From Octopus vulgaris (lineage: Eukaryota): a DNA stretch of 64,000 nucleotides. Positions 12,631 through 26,399 of this stretch are shown one piece after another. Every line of letters starts with the position of its first letter. The first letter of the stretch is position 1. The position numbers and the translations under genes were made by a program. Under the pieces are notes generated by a model. It was not told where the DNA came from, ran no database searches, and saw only the letters and a program-made list of their open reading frames with translations. Where the stretch lies: the NCBI GenBank assembly GCA_951406725.2, contig OX597824.1, positions 40,672,001 through 40,736,000 on the forward strand. The letters are read 5' to 3'.

Positions 12631-14385
12631 CAGAATACAAAGTGGAACCAAGAGACAGTTATTAGTTTAACTTTTTTGATACCCACCCTACAATACGAAC
12701 TTCTTGTTTTAGAGTGACATAAATTAAAACCTTCCATAACAATTAAGATCCAACACCATCTTAGGGACAAAGTTATTTTATTAAATTCTTCATTATTTTC
12801 AAAATTTATTGAAACAATGGCAGGATATTTCAACAGAAACATGGTAACAAGAATGTTGGAGCTCAATGAGATAAATTCTTTTGAAACTAACCCCCATATA
12901 AAAATAAACCGTCCATTATATAATTGTTCATTTAAAAACTGTTTATGTTCCAAACATCAACTTCACAATGAAAAAGTTATTCAACTAAATCTCTCCCAAT
13001 TCTTGATTAACTGGAAGACATGGTATATGCCTTGAGAAATATGGCAAGAAAAGGGTTAAGAAAAGCTTGAAATGTCAAAGACATTTTAAGTTTAAGTTAT
13101 GTTCTTCAAAATGTTAGGTAGAAGAAAGAAAATGAAAGTAATGTGAAGTCAAGTTGAAAATGAAAGTAATGTGAAGTCAAGTTGAAGAAGACACACATAT
13201 CACACTGCCAAACTTTTGGGTTTTAAGTTTATGTGGGACAAATAATGCCACTGATGTGTAAAGGATGTCAGTGTGGAGAAAACATGTTTCAGGAGTGAAA
13301 TTGGGTAGATGGATAACCTTTATGGAGGTTTGTTGTGTGTGTGTGAGAGAGAGAGAGTGAGTGAGTAAGGGAATGAGAGAAAAACAAACCTCCTCCATTC
13401 AGTTATCCAACTACCCAATTTCACTCCCAAAACATAACACCAAAATTTAATCAATTAAAATTTTTTTCAAAACACCTTTCCATAACAACCAATCATGAAA
13501 AACCTAATTACCACCCCACTCAAGCTCACACACATACAGATGGTTTTAACTCAACAGAGATTATGTAAAGGCAAGACTAATGTATTGCAGTCTGACAATG
13601 GCTTAGCTGGCTGAAACTTTGAAGTCACTGTCAACAACATTCTTGTTTAAGAATGATAAATTTGTACTCTACAAAAATACAGGGTAACCTATCAGATGAA
13701 TGTAAAATTGTTTTTATTATAACTGAACATAGAAACAAACATATATATATGACAAGCTTCCATACGGTTATCCATCTATCCAATTTGCCTTCTAAGGTAT
13801 TGATCAACTCAAAGCTATAGAAGATGCTTTTACCAGTGGAATAAGCCTCTTGTACTACACCAACAAACTAATCAATGTCTTGTAAATAACATACTAACAG
13901 TGGCAGAGGGACACATATTTTGGGAGAGGCTATCATTGGTTAAATCAACCTCACTACTTGGTTAGTACTTTATTTTTCTGATTCTGGAAAGATTAAAAGA
14001 CAAACTTGACTTCAACAGGATTTGAACTTAAGAGTATAAAGGTCCGTAACCAAATACTGCAAGGTATTTTCTCTGATACAAACAATACATTAATCAGCTC
14101 ATGAAAGCTCCAGTTTATGTTAAATAGATGTCTATGAGATTATCATAGACATTAATGACGAATTTCTAACCCACTTTTATGAAACCACTAGTGCAAGCAT
14201 TGTTGTATGGTTAGGAAGTCTTGTTTTGCTATCCTGTTGTTTCAGGTTCGAGCCTATTGTGCACTAACTTAGGCAAATACCTTGTATCACAGCCTAGAGT
14301 CAACCAAACCTTGCAAGTGAACTTTGGGTAACTAGAAGCTGTGTGGAAGCTCATTGGAATGTACATGTCGTTGAGTTATAGACAC

Positions 14386-14581
14386 AAAAGGCGGCGAGCT
14401 GGCAGAAACGTTAGCGCGCTGGGTGAAATGCTAAGCCGTTACGTTCTGAGTTCAAATTCCGCCGAGGTCGAATTTGCCTTTCATCCTTTCGGAGTCGATA
14501 AATAAAGTACCAGTTATGCACTGGGGTCAATGTAATTGACTTAATCCCTTTGTTTGTCCCCTTGTGGGCAATAAAGAAATA
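14386..14581 (+). mobile_element. tRNA-derived SINE family B with 9-bp TSD
   Basis: ggcggcgagctggcagaa...gagttcaaattcc (B box)...gcctttcatcctttcggagtcgataaa...aataaagaaat; TSD tatagacac at 14377-14385 and 14582-14590. Confidence 0.85.
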
Positions 14582-14983
14582 TATAGACACTATCTGTTAC
14601 CTATTTTAACACTGCCACCTAATCCAAAGGTACTTTGAAGTGGAATTCACTTTTCTGCCATCATTTGTACTGGAACTTCAACCTGAGAATAATTCAATAT
14701 CTTGATGTACTATTTTTTTTACTGCAGCAACCCATAAATTGTACTTTCTTCCTTTCTCTCCACTCCACCAGTCACAAGGTAGCTTTGTATTCTGATATAA
14801 AAACATTCTACCTCTTCAAAACAGGAATCTACAAAAGTTAAGCTATACACTACTTTGAAGGCACCAAATTAAATGGCTTACAGTTTCATCCCAATAAACT
14901 CTGATTGGCTTGAGGCTATAGAAGATAATTGCCCAAGGTGCCGTGCAGTGAGATTGAACTCTAGACTACACACACATATATAT

Positions 14984-15198
14984 AGAAGGGGGTGTTAAAA
15001 AGTTCCTGGCTTTGGATAAAAGAAAATACAGAAGATCACTTAATTACGATTTCATTCAACCTATTCCCCTCTCAGATTCACCCACTTATTGCAGTGGTCC
15101 TTCAGTTTTTCTAAGCCCTGTAAAAGGACTTGGAAGGTTGAGCCTCCAACCAGGCCGTTTGCAATGCCCTTAAAGCCAGAAACTTACAGCACTCCCTT
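14984..15198 (-). mobile_element. Internally deleted mariner-like element
   Basis: Imperfect TIRs (agggggtgttaaaaagttcctggcttt / aaagccagaaacttacagcactccct); internal minus-strand remnant GLEKLKDHCNKWVNLRGE*VE* resembles a mariner C-terminus. Confidence 0.6.
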
Positions 15199-15608
15199 GT
15201 ATGTGTGTTTAATGTCCACTTTTCTAATTTGTATAGGTCAAACAGAATTCATTGAAACAGATTTTCTATGGCCTAATACCTTTCCTGTCAACAACCATTA
15301 CCTCCTTCCAAGCTAGAAAATATTTCCCTCTGGAAGATTGGGCATGAATAACATAGCTTGTATGACAGTGATGCTCTTAAAAAAAAAAAAAATCACATCA
15401 TATCAAGACAAATGTGCATGCACACACACACACACACAGGGCAGGTTTCTTTCAGTTCCCACCGACCATATCAACTCACAAAGCTTTGGTTGGTCTGGGG
15501 CTGTAGAAGACACTTACCAAAAGTACCTTGCAGCGGGACTGAACCTGAGACCACATGGTGGAAAGCAAGCTTCTTAACCACACAATGGTGTATATATGTA
15601 TGTATATA

Positions 15609-16502
15609 CAGGCTATGGTGAATAAACTGTCGTCAAAATTATGCAAAAATGAAAATAACGCTGACATCTCATTCTAACAGATATATTTACCAAAATTACA
15701 TAAAAATATCTTTAAAACCTAGAGAGTAAATTCATCCAATAAAATCGCCATTGGTTTCAACCATAGCCTCCAGATGACTTCGGAATCTCTTGCAACTCTC
15801 CTGGACAGTCTCCTTGTTTAAGTTGGTGAATGCTGTCATAACCCTTGCCTTCAGTTGATCTTTGATGTTACAAGGAGTTTTGTTGGTCTCTCACTCAACT
15901 GTACCCTACACATACTAATCAAGTGGGTTGCAGTCTGGGGAGTTAGGTGGCCAGATGTTAGGGTTGATGTGGCTGCAATTTCTGCAGCCACATCAACCCT
16001 AACATCTGACAGCAATGACTGGGTTCTCCTGCTTGTGTGGAATGGTGCAGAGTCCTGTTGGCAAAAATAGCATCTTCCAGCAGCCACCCCCTTGACCCAG
16101 AGCAGCACTACCTCCTCCAGGCATTTGAAGTAGGCCTCTGTGTTGAGTCTGAGGCTGTGTGGGAAGATGAATGGAACCATAACATCATCATCACTAGTGA
16201 TCACTCCAAACAAAATGATGTTGAGTGGATGTTTGATTTTTATCAATCTTGGTACGTGTCCTCAGATTGACACCTTTAACACTCTGAAATGTTCATATTG
16301 GAGCTTCCGGCACAAATGCCAAGCAGTACAGCATGTTGTTTCCCAATTCCTGGCAGAGTGAATTGCATCAAGGTGCTGTTTTTCTCACAGACGGTGCCCA
16401 ACTGACCCTACTATACTGTGTAGTTGACAAAATCAAAAACAAACAATGCGCATGCATAAAATTAAAAATATAAAATGGCGACAATTTACCCATCGCACCT
16501 TG
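15609..16502 (-). mobile_element. Tc1/mariner DD37D (maT-type) transposon relic
   Basis: TA-flanked imperfect TIRs; FCQQDSAPFHTSRRTQ...WPPNSPDCNPLD motifs; D-to-D spacing is 37 once the internal inverted duplication is reverted; stops and deletion present. Confidence 0.85.
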
Positions 16503-19316
16503 TATATGACTTGATTATATTTATTACCTCTATAGCTATAACACATATTCAACATATATAGCTGCCAATGTAGGAATATCATAGCTACTTATCACATCAA
16601 ATTTAATAAACAATTACAAGAACATACTAAACCAAAGTACACAACAACTTTTCAATTAGAATTTCTTATCAAAATCATATTAGCCAATCTATTCATGGCA
16701 CTTAGTGTATTCAGCTGGAATTTCACTTCAGCTTTAACAGTCACATCTATATTTAAACAAACAACATTAAGTTAAAAACAATTCAATAAAAACAACTTGA
16801 CTTCAAATCTTACTCCCTTCCCATCTAAAGCTCATTATACTCAGTCAGTTGTCATGACAACTTACATCCAGTACATTGTTTGTTCAAGCTCAGTACAACT
16901 TATTAGAGAATAAATAAATGTTTAAAATTAGTCACACTGGTGGTTGGTTACTGACTGCAAGGTCAGTAGTTCAAACCTTGCAGCTTGATAGATTTACAGA
17001 CTGTAAATCAACAGGCCAAGCAACTTTCTTATGTGACACAGATCAACAAGGAAATGAGGGAATGCCTATGTGGCTGCTTGAGTTGCCAGAAATAGCAGCT
17101 AAAGATCCTTCATATTACATCCTACAGCCTTAAAAAAAAGTGGAAAACAATGGGTAAAACAACTGGAGCATCTTGGCTCGATCAGAACTGATTTGGAAGG
17201 GTGAACAGCAACAGCTTACAAAGATGATTTCAGTTTGGCTGACAATTACTAATAGGTAATCCACTTAGTGTACTGTAACTAGTTTTATATTTCTTAAGCC
17301 TTAGACAGTTTGGGAGACTTATCCATCTGAATAAAAAAAGTGATTACCAAAGATTTTGTCTTTGGCAGGAATGTTGATTATATAAGAGCCCAAAAGACAA
17401 AGCATTGAACATTACTCTCCCAAGCTAGATGGTTTGACAACTAAGAATTAAGATTTTTCACTGGAGACACTGTCCAGAGCTAAGATATGAGATTCAAAGA
17501 GCCTGCAAAGTCATAAGACACTATTACATTTCCTTCAATAAACCATAAAAGAAAAAAAATATCAATCTCTCAGTGGATGGGCTAGAAAGCATTGCTGATC
17601 AGGCCAGATCTTTTCAATTTGGCTGCACAGAAATTTTAAAGTTTATGGGAAATTTATAATTTGGTGTATTGATGTAATTTTCCATCCACACTGCATCTCA
17701 GAGGCTCATTCACTTTTTCCCGAAAATCTTTTATAAAAGTTACAGAGGTTTAAAGTTTGATCATTTTTACCAAGCCAGAAAACAGGATTTGGAAAACATC
17801 ATTTTGTGTGTGACTGCATGGGTTGTTAACTGTGAACAAATGAAATATTAATGGAATTCTGCTCTACACACACCATATAATCCATTGTGACTTTTTAAGC
17901 TTTTTAGAATTTTCAGAAAATGTTTGCAAATTTGTATTCTATACAAAGGAATTCATACTATTATGCAAAAACAAACAAAAAAATTTGGTGTGTGATTTAA
18001 GACCTATTTAGCTATTGTTTTTAGCATGTATCACGACCACTTTATATTTCGTATGTCTTAAGCATTTAAAAATGACTGTGGGTAAGCAGCTTGGTTTGTT
18101 ACTATAGAAACAGGCACCTATATGTCTGTGGCTTTCAAGTGGCTAAAATTAACAAAAATTTGTAAACTTTAAAAGATATTAACTCTTTATTTATTGATTT
18201 ATGGCAAAAATTAATTTCCTATCAAAACTATACCATACAAAACTATATCAATCAAATATGATATTAGCTGGAACAAAAATTGAAGAAATTCAAAAGTGGC
18301 AACCAAATAGAAAAGAACCATCAGGCCTGCTTCAAGCTCTTGTTCAATTAATATTTAAAAAAAATAACAAGTAGCCAGCTGGAAGTTGAAAGCTATATAT
18401 AAAGATCTCAACAACTGCCACTAGTTTATTATATAGAAGACAATCAACTAGCATGTCACACTTTCAAGGTTAGTGGAATATTTATCTACATAAGAAAGCC
18501 AAGAATGAAAAAAAAAAGAGAGTAAACAGCAAATCAAATGAAAAAAATATGAGATGATAGTAACATCTAACTTAGCTGCTAAGATTATTAACATGGTAAA
18601 ATAGAAATTGTAAAGTCAATACAGAATCAAATTAATTTTGGATCCAAACAACATTCAAAATGAATGGTAGTTATTTTACTAACTCTATATAATAATAGCT
18701 GATATGTTTGTTGGTTGATTTGATTGATTTCTCCACTCATGTATTATCATATAGAGAAATGAAGGAGAGAGAGAGGGTAAAAGAGATACAGAGTGTTGAA
18801 GTGCAGGACGGGTGCACATTCCAGGCTTGGTGGCATGCAATGAGTAAAAGAATGCTACAAACACAATGAGAGAGAAAGAATCATAGAGATGGAGGAGAGG
18901 AAGTAAATGACAGTAGTTATGGGAGGCTATATACATGAGAAATAAGTTGTTCTCCTTAGACAAAATACAAGAACAATTAATATATTCATATTTGAATCTG
19001 CCAGAATATCACGAATGATAATGTACATTTTTGGGGGGCTTTATTCAATTTATTTTAATGTAACATAATTTTCTTGTGTAAATTAATATGTATTTTATCA
19101 TTTTGCATAAGCACTAAAAAATTAATAAAAGTTAAGTTAAAATTATTGCATGTATGCCATATTTTCTGATATTATCACTGGTGGTAAAAGTATACTTCCA
19201 AAGTAAGCAGTTCTATGAAGGGTAAAACTCAAGTATTTCTACATTTGCTAAGTATGATATATTTACAAGAATTCTATTTATACAGATTCATCAATGATGT
19301 AATGCCCCAGTATCTG

Positions 19317-19535
19317 TTTCTTTATTGCCCACAAGGGGCTAAACATAGAGGGGACAAACAAGGACAGATAAACGGATTAAGTCGATTACATCGACCCCAG
19401 TGCGTAACTGGTACTTAATTTATCGACCCCGAAAGGATGAAAGGCAAAGTCGACCTCGGCGGAATTTGAACTCAGAATGCAACGACAGACGCAATACCAC
19501 TAAGCATTTCGCCCGGCGTGCTAACGTTTCTGCAA
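19317..19535 (-). mobile_element. SINE family B
   Basis: Reverse complement of the 14386-14581 family; CpG-rich. Confidence 0.85.
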
Positions 19536-20244
19536 ACAATCACACAGAGCGGTTAAAACAGATGTACAATAATATAGATGACTAAAGGATTAAGATATAT
19601 GAGGCAATACAGCATCAAATTAATCACTTACTCATCAATATCCTTACAGCCTTTCTACTCAGCTACTGTTATATATATTGTACCACTTCACATTTCCAGT
19701 GCACTTACATGGGTGAATGCTTGTTAAACAAGTATTTTTGCAGTTAGGTTATCTTACTAACAGTAAAAGATAATTAAAAGACAACTACAAGATTTTATAA
19801 TCAGTTTAAACTTAATTTCTTTATTTGTTTTCTGCTTTGTCCTCATTGATGTCACTAAAGCTAGATGCTCCTACCAAAGTCAGAGGTAACATATTTTAAC
19901 ATGGGTTCATTCAAAAGCTAACAGAATAAAACAGTAATTTCTAACACAGCCACAAGTCCTTAACTAGAAAAAAATAATGCTGTGAGTAAAAGAAAACAAA
20001 AAAAAAGTCACCATCATTAAATGTCCACTGCTCCATGCTTGTATGTGTTCAGGCAAATTTTCTATAGCGGAATGCCCTTCCTGTTGCCAACCCTCATGTT
20101 TCCAAGCAAGGTAATATTCCCCCATGGTCAGAATATTGGAAATGAATGATACAGCCTGTATGATAGGGCAACTCATTTACAACTATAAAACAATAACAAG
20201 ACACAAACATAAATGCACCAGCATTTTAGTGAATTTATGTTAGA

Positions 20245-20650
20245 CACAGCTGTGGCTGTGTGGTAAGTTTGTTTTCTAGCCACATGGTTCCAGGTTCAAC
20301 CTCACTGCATGACACCTTGGGCAAATGTCTTCTAATATAGCCTTGGGCCAACTAAAGCTTTGTGAGTGGATTTGGAAGATGGAAACAAAGAAGCCCATTG
20401 TATAAATATATATACATATATATATTTGCATATATGTGAGTGTCTGTGTTTGTACCATCTGCCATTGCTTGACAACCGATGTTGGTGTGTTTACATCCCC
20501 ATAACTGAGCGGTTCAGAAAAAGACTGACAGACAAACAAACAACTAAGCTTACAAAGAATAAGTCTTGGAGGCAATTTCTTCAACTAAAAAACCTTTTAA
20601 GGTAGTGCACCAGCATGGCCACCATCAAATGACTGAAACAAGTAAAAGTA
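20245..20650 (+). mobile_element. SINE family A, full length
   Basis: Head, CORE-like block, TA microsatellite, 3' half and tail all present. Confidence 0.8.
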
Positions 20651-22278
20651 TATATATAAATGACAAGTTTGTTTCTGCTTAAATCAACTCACAAGGCTTC
20701 AGTTGGCCTGGGATGATTCTAGAAAACAACTGCCCATGGTGCCACACAGTAGGACCAAACCTGAAATTATATGATCAGGAAGCAAATTTCTAAACCTGCA
20801 TCTATGTCATGCCTGCACCTATCCTGACTAATATCATTTTCATTTTCCCAACAAGTCCAGGAGACAAAACCAGCTGTTTTAGTCTTATTTCAAGCTCTTC
20901 AGCAAAGTTACATCTTTCCCTTCTTGCTAAAGGAAAGAATGAGTCACATGTATATGTGTCTATGTATGTCTATATACACACACAAACACATATATATACT
21001 GGATATATATACATAGGTAAAATGCAAGAAATTTCAAAATTTCAAACAAAATATCAGGATTGAGTGAAAAACAAAGATAAAATATATTACTGACTTTTGG
21101 GTGCAGGCATGGCTAGACACCAGTGACTGTGGTTGAGAAGTTTGCTTCCCATGGTTTTGGGTTCAATTCCACTGCATGGCACTTTGGGCTTGTGTCTTCT
21201 ATAACCTCAGGCTGACCAAAGCCATATGTATGGATTTGGTAGAAGGAAGCTAAAGGAAGCCCATTGTGCATGTGTTAGCACCTCCATTCCTTGACATCAT
21301 GCAATAGATGTTAACAAGTATCACTGTAATACAAACAGTGTTTGTCCATTTCCAATCTTCCATGAAAACATGTCTGCTGAGGGAGAAATATTACCTTACA
21401 TGGAAAAAGATTAGGGTTAGCAACAGGAAGGGCATCCAGCCATAGAATATCTACTTCAACAAATTCCATCTGACATCTACAAGCATGAAAAAGTCAACAG
21501 CAAAATAATGGTGATGATTTTTAGGAGCAAAAAGTGAAGATTGCATTATATTTCAGTCTGTATTGTACAGCATATACACATTATATAGCATTACATTGAA
21601 ATGTAAAAAAAAAAGTTAAGATGAGGTGGAATTTTGAAATAGCTCTATTTGAATGAGGTTTCAATATTGAAATCCCATTCTCCAGAGATAAAAAAAAATA
21701 TGCAAGTGGAGAAGGGGTATGTGAAAATTGAAATTTTTAGAAAAAAAATAAAGATTTCAGAACAATTTCCATTGTAAGACACACAAAAATACAAAAATTA
21801 AGAAAAACAACTACCCTTTTCATTTCTAATGTGATATAGAAGTTCAAGGGGCAAGTATTCCAAAAGTCTGCTAGAGATAAAATTTACTTCTAAGTACAGA
21901 AGGTGAAGTGGTGCATTATAATTGCAATTACACACTGCACTAAAGTAAATACAGTATGTCAAATTGTAGATTAGTCAATATAGGAATATAAAATTGCTTA
22001 GAAACCAAAAAAGCTATCCTTGTACAAAAATGAGTGCATTCAAGCATTTTAAGAAACAAGGTGTTTTGGTATGTGTTGCCAAAAAGACCAAAACTTTTTT
22101 TCTTTTGAGATTGAAATTGATGGGTGCATGTAGAAAATGAAGAATAAAGCGCCTAACACTACTTTATTAGTATTTAAAACTATATATATTATGAAAGCTT
22201 ATAAACAGTACAATCTATCTATCATAATAAAAGAACCTAAAACAACACAATACATGTAAATAAATAAAATAACATAAA

Positions 22279-22560
22279 TCATCATCATCATCGTTTAACG
22301 TCTGTTCTCCATGCTAGCATGGGTTGGACGGTTCGACCGGGGATCTGGGAAGCCAGAAGGCTGCACCAGGCTCCAGTCTTATCTGGCAATGTTTCTACAG
22401 CTGGATGCCCTTCCTAACGCCAACCACTCCGTGAGTGTAGTGGGTGTTTTTTACATGCCACCCGCACAGGTGCCAGGTGAGGCTGGCAACGGCCACGGTT
22501 GGATTGGTGCATTTTTACATGCCACCGGCACGGAAGCCAGTCGAGGAGGCACTGGCTTCG
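22279..22560 (-). mobile_element. RTE LINE 3' terminal fragment
   Basis: (ATC)n tail plus family 3' UTR. Confidence 0.8.
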
Positions 22561-25427
22561 GCGTTTGTGAAAAAACAAAAAAATGTACTGAAATACAATC
22601 TCTGATTGGCTATTACACTTCAGAACCAACCTTTCACATTTGTTTCATCAGGCCAATGAATTAGCCTCGAATTCCTTTCAGCTTGTATAACTTGGGCCAA
22701 TCAATTGGCCTGGGTGTCTCAAGAGGGTTAACAAAAGTTAATTATTGTTTTTCCAATTGTTAACTGATACATAGAGCATGAATCCTTTTGATATCAACCC
22801 ATCTGAGATGATATGATCCTGTAAGTGCTATGATACAAATTTCTTGGTTATAAGAGATCTAAATTAAAATTTTCCACAAAAGTTTCATATTATTTTATGC
22901 TTTAAACACCAGGTTTATAACCTTTGCGCTTTTATTTGCTTTACACATGGGACAACAGTCCTGCTGTGACACTGCCTTGAAGGTTTCAGTCAAACAAATT
23001 ATTGCCACAGTTCTATATTCAAGAGATGAGGAATTATGTACATTATTTACATTTGCTGAAATGTTGTGTTAACAAGATGAGGACAAATGTCCATCAAATG
23101 TAAATAATGAAAATTAATGCCAGTACTTATTTTTTAAAAGTCTGGTACTAATTTTATCAGTCTCTTTAGGTGAACTAAGTTACAGGGATATAAACAAACC
23201 AACACATTATCAAGCAGTGAAGTGCAGGACACAAACACACACAAGGTATTGGATGACCCAGGGCTATAGTGGAAAGTGCTTACGGTAGTAAGATTGAACC
23301 TGAAACCATGTGGTTGCAAAGAGATTTTCCTAGTCATGCCAGCACACTTCATTATATTCATTATTTTTAAAATGAATTGAAACAAAGACTATATTTCCTC
23401 AGAAATGCACAAGGTTCAATATGCTGTTCTTTTAACTTTTATATTCTTTTTATGTGGCGGACATAAACTGACACTTCCGTATTGCTTCAACAAAATGAAA
23501 TTGCACCTATATAATTTCAGCTATATGGTCACTATTGCAGAATTCAAAATTATTTGTGCATTGTCATTAGCAGCATCAACATAAACATCCAGTGGTTAAC
23601 ACAAGTGAGGAATTTTTTTTTTTTAACATCATCAATCATTTGCAGTTTAAGTAAAATTGCCAATGTTTGGCTTCGGGTCATGCACAATATGACCTCAGAG
23701 GTGATATCATTCACATCTCGTTACCATTTTTTCCAACAACCCATTATCTTTGCAAGCATAGTTGCAATAAGTGAGTATTGTATACGAAAATGTTTTTATA
23801 TCTAGATGACCTTCACTGACACAACAAACCAGTTATGTTAATTGTCACAATAAATACAATTTTTAACGAACAATACTATATATACACATTAGTTTGGCCT
23901 ACTTCAGTTTTGCATGAAAGCACTTTTTAGGTGAATGCATAGCACTGCTTTTCGGGTGGATGCCCTTCTTGTCACTAACCCATATCAGTTTTAGAAGTAA
24001 GGAATATCTTATTCCACTCATTTTTGAAGGTGCAAAGCTAGAAGACAATTTGTTTTTAGGAAGTGTCAACAACCATCATTGTTAGTAGCTCAATGCTTTT
24101 CATGCAAAGCACAGAATGTAAACATTCACATAGACATACATAAACACACATGATACCAACATTTCTGGCTGAGCTATTATGGTGACATTTACTGATATTT
24201 CATGCCAACAAATCATGTGCTGGCTCTGAGCTTTTAAAGTCCTTTGGAATAGAAAATATCTTATTTAAAATCAAAATAAGATGGGCAACAGAAAGTACAT
24301 ATGGCCATAAAAATACTGCCCCTATTTCCTTTCTGAAGTGTCCTTGAAAAAGATACTTCAGTTCACATTGTTCCAATCTGAAATGAGCTCCAATCTCAGC
24401 TGAAGACTGGTAGAGCCCCCTCCCCGTCACATCTTGGATGTTCTGCTGGATTATGAGTAGAACATAGGATGTATATTATCTTGCAACTACAAAGTCACTT
24501 AAAACAATTAGCAAAAGCAGGCTAAAGTCATATTCACTTGCAAGTGACAGCTGTAGTTGGTCAACATTTCATTTTGCATATTTATTTCTAAGTTTTTCAA
24601 TGTTCCTTGCAGTAAATATATTAACACTAACTTATCTATTCTTTTTCCATTTAGTCAGAAGTCATATCTACGTATATGCATAGAAGTAATGATCTAACAA
24701 TTATAGAACTTCAAATCTAAGCCAACTAAAACCAGTATAATTTTTGCAACTATTAATCACATCTGCAAATGCATATATAGAAAAATGCAATATCTTCAAA
24801 AGATAAGGTTAATAGTACAAAATCCATAACATAACCATTCAAAAAAAAACAACCACTTCACTTTATGTTATAGTATAAGAGATCTAAGTCCGAGATGTAT
24901 AACAATTTACAAACATTTCACAAATATGCTTAACCAATGTGTTGGTAATAACATGACGTAGATGAAAGTTGAGCAAAAGTGTATCAAATATAACAAGTAG
25001 AAGGAATTGCAGAAGAGGAGGACTGTAGAAGACACAGGAAGAAATGGTGGAGCCTAACTTCAGGATATTGTTACCACACCATAATGGAAAAGCAAATGTA
25101 CAATAATGGGCTAATTACAAGTTTTACTGGACAACAATGAAGATGAAAACTACAGGTAGGCAAATGAATCTACAGAATTTGTCAAAACGTTTCTATCATC
25201 TTCAATCTTTATTTCTTAACTAGACACAAGGTCAGACTTTGAGAGAGGAATTAGTTCCATTATAACAATCTCAGTACTTGACTGGTACTTTATTTCATAG
25301 AGTTCAGAGCAATAATAGGCACACTTGATCACAAGATCTGAACTCGGAATACAAAAGAGGAGAACAAATACTGCAAGGGATTTGTTGCAATACCCTAATG
25401 ATTCAGCTAACTAACTACCCCAATTTT

Positions 25428-25790
25428 CATCATCATCATTGTCGTCGTCGTTTAACATCCATTTTCCATATTGGCATGGGTTGGACAGTTTGACATGGAG
25501 CTGTCCAGACTCCAACTGTCAGTTGTGACAGTTTCTACAGCTGCATGCCCTTCATGATGGCAACCACTTAACAGAGCCTGTTCGGTGCTTTTTACATACC
25601 ACTGGCATGAGTGGTTCTTAAGCGACACCAGTACCTGAAAGAACAAGCCTGTATGTGTGGAAGACAGTGATTTTACTTAGCTTGACGTGTCTTATCAAGT
25701 ATAGCAAATTATCACATCTTCTGGTCCTTTGTCATTTCCTCAGTGAGGCCCAGCATCCAAAGATCCTTTCTCACCAATTTGTCCTGAGTC
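25428..25790 (-). mobile_element. Older RTE LINE 3' fragment
   Basis: (CAT)n tail, degenerate 3' UTR and end of RT ORF (WDKLVRKDLWMLGLTEEMTKD-like). Confidence 0.65.
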
Positions 25791-26399
25791 TAAAACCAAA
25801 TCAACTATTTTGAGCAGAAAGCTGTTGTTTAGCTCATCATCAACCAGATTCAAGATTACAGACATTCCAACTTTGACCATTTCATTTTCTTTCCAGGCAG
25901 TGTATATAGGCCACGTAAAACCAAGACCTCACTGTTTTAAGATGGTAGGTTGTAATTTGAGGGAGAATTTGTTATTTCAAGCACATCTAGCAATCACATA
26001 GACCAGGAACTGGCAACTTTTTTCAAGAAACAAACGACACAAGATATGGCTGCACTGCAAAAGAACTGAAGGTTATTTTCTGTTTAGGCATAAAATCCCA
26101 CAGGCCACAGTTTGCCAATGTCTGACACAAACACTACCTTGTTGGCTCTGGCAAGTAGTTAATAATAGTAGTGGTTATTTTTCAGCCCCAGTCAGCTCTA
26201 AATATGCAGATTTATAACTAAAGGCTTTCATCTATAACCATCCCATTTCTTTCCGAGATACAATGCACCAAGTCCGCATTGTCAACTGTGTCTTTTTTCA
26301 TTAAGTTAACAAAGTATGACTTTAGAAGGACAGTTTTGGTTACAATTCTTGTTTAGCTTGTCATTCCTTTTTTTTTGTTTGTTACTTTCTGAGCTTGAA

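Noticed and set aside
14389-14465. tRNA gene
   Set aside because: tRNA-like head of a multi-copy SINE with body, tail and TSD; no proper cloverleaf.
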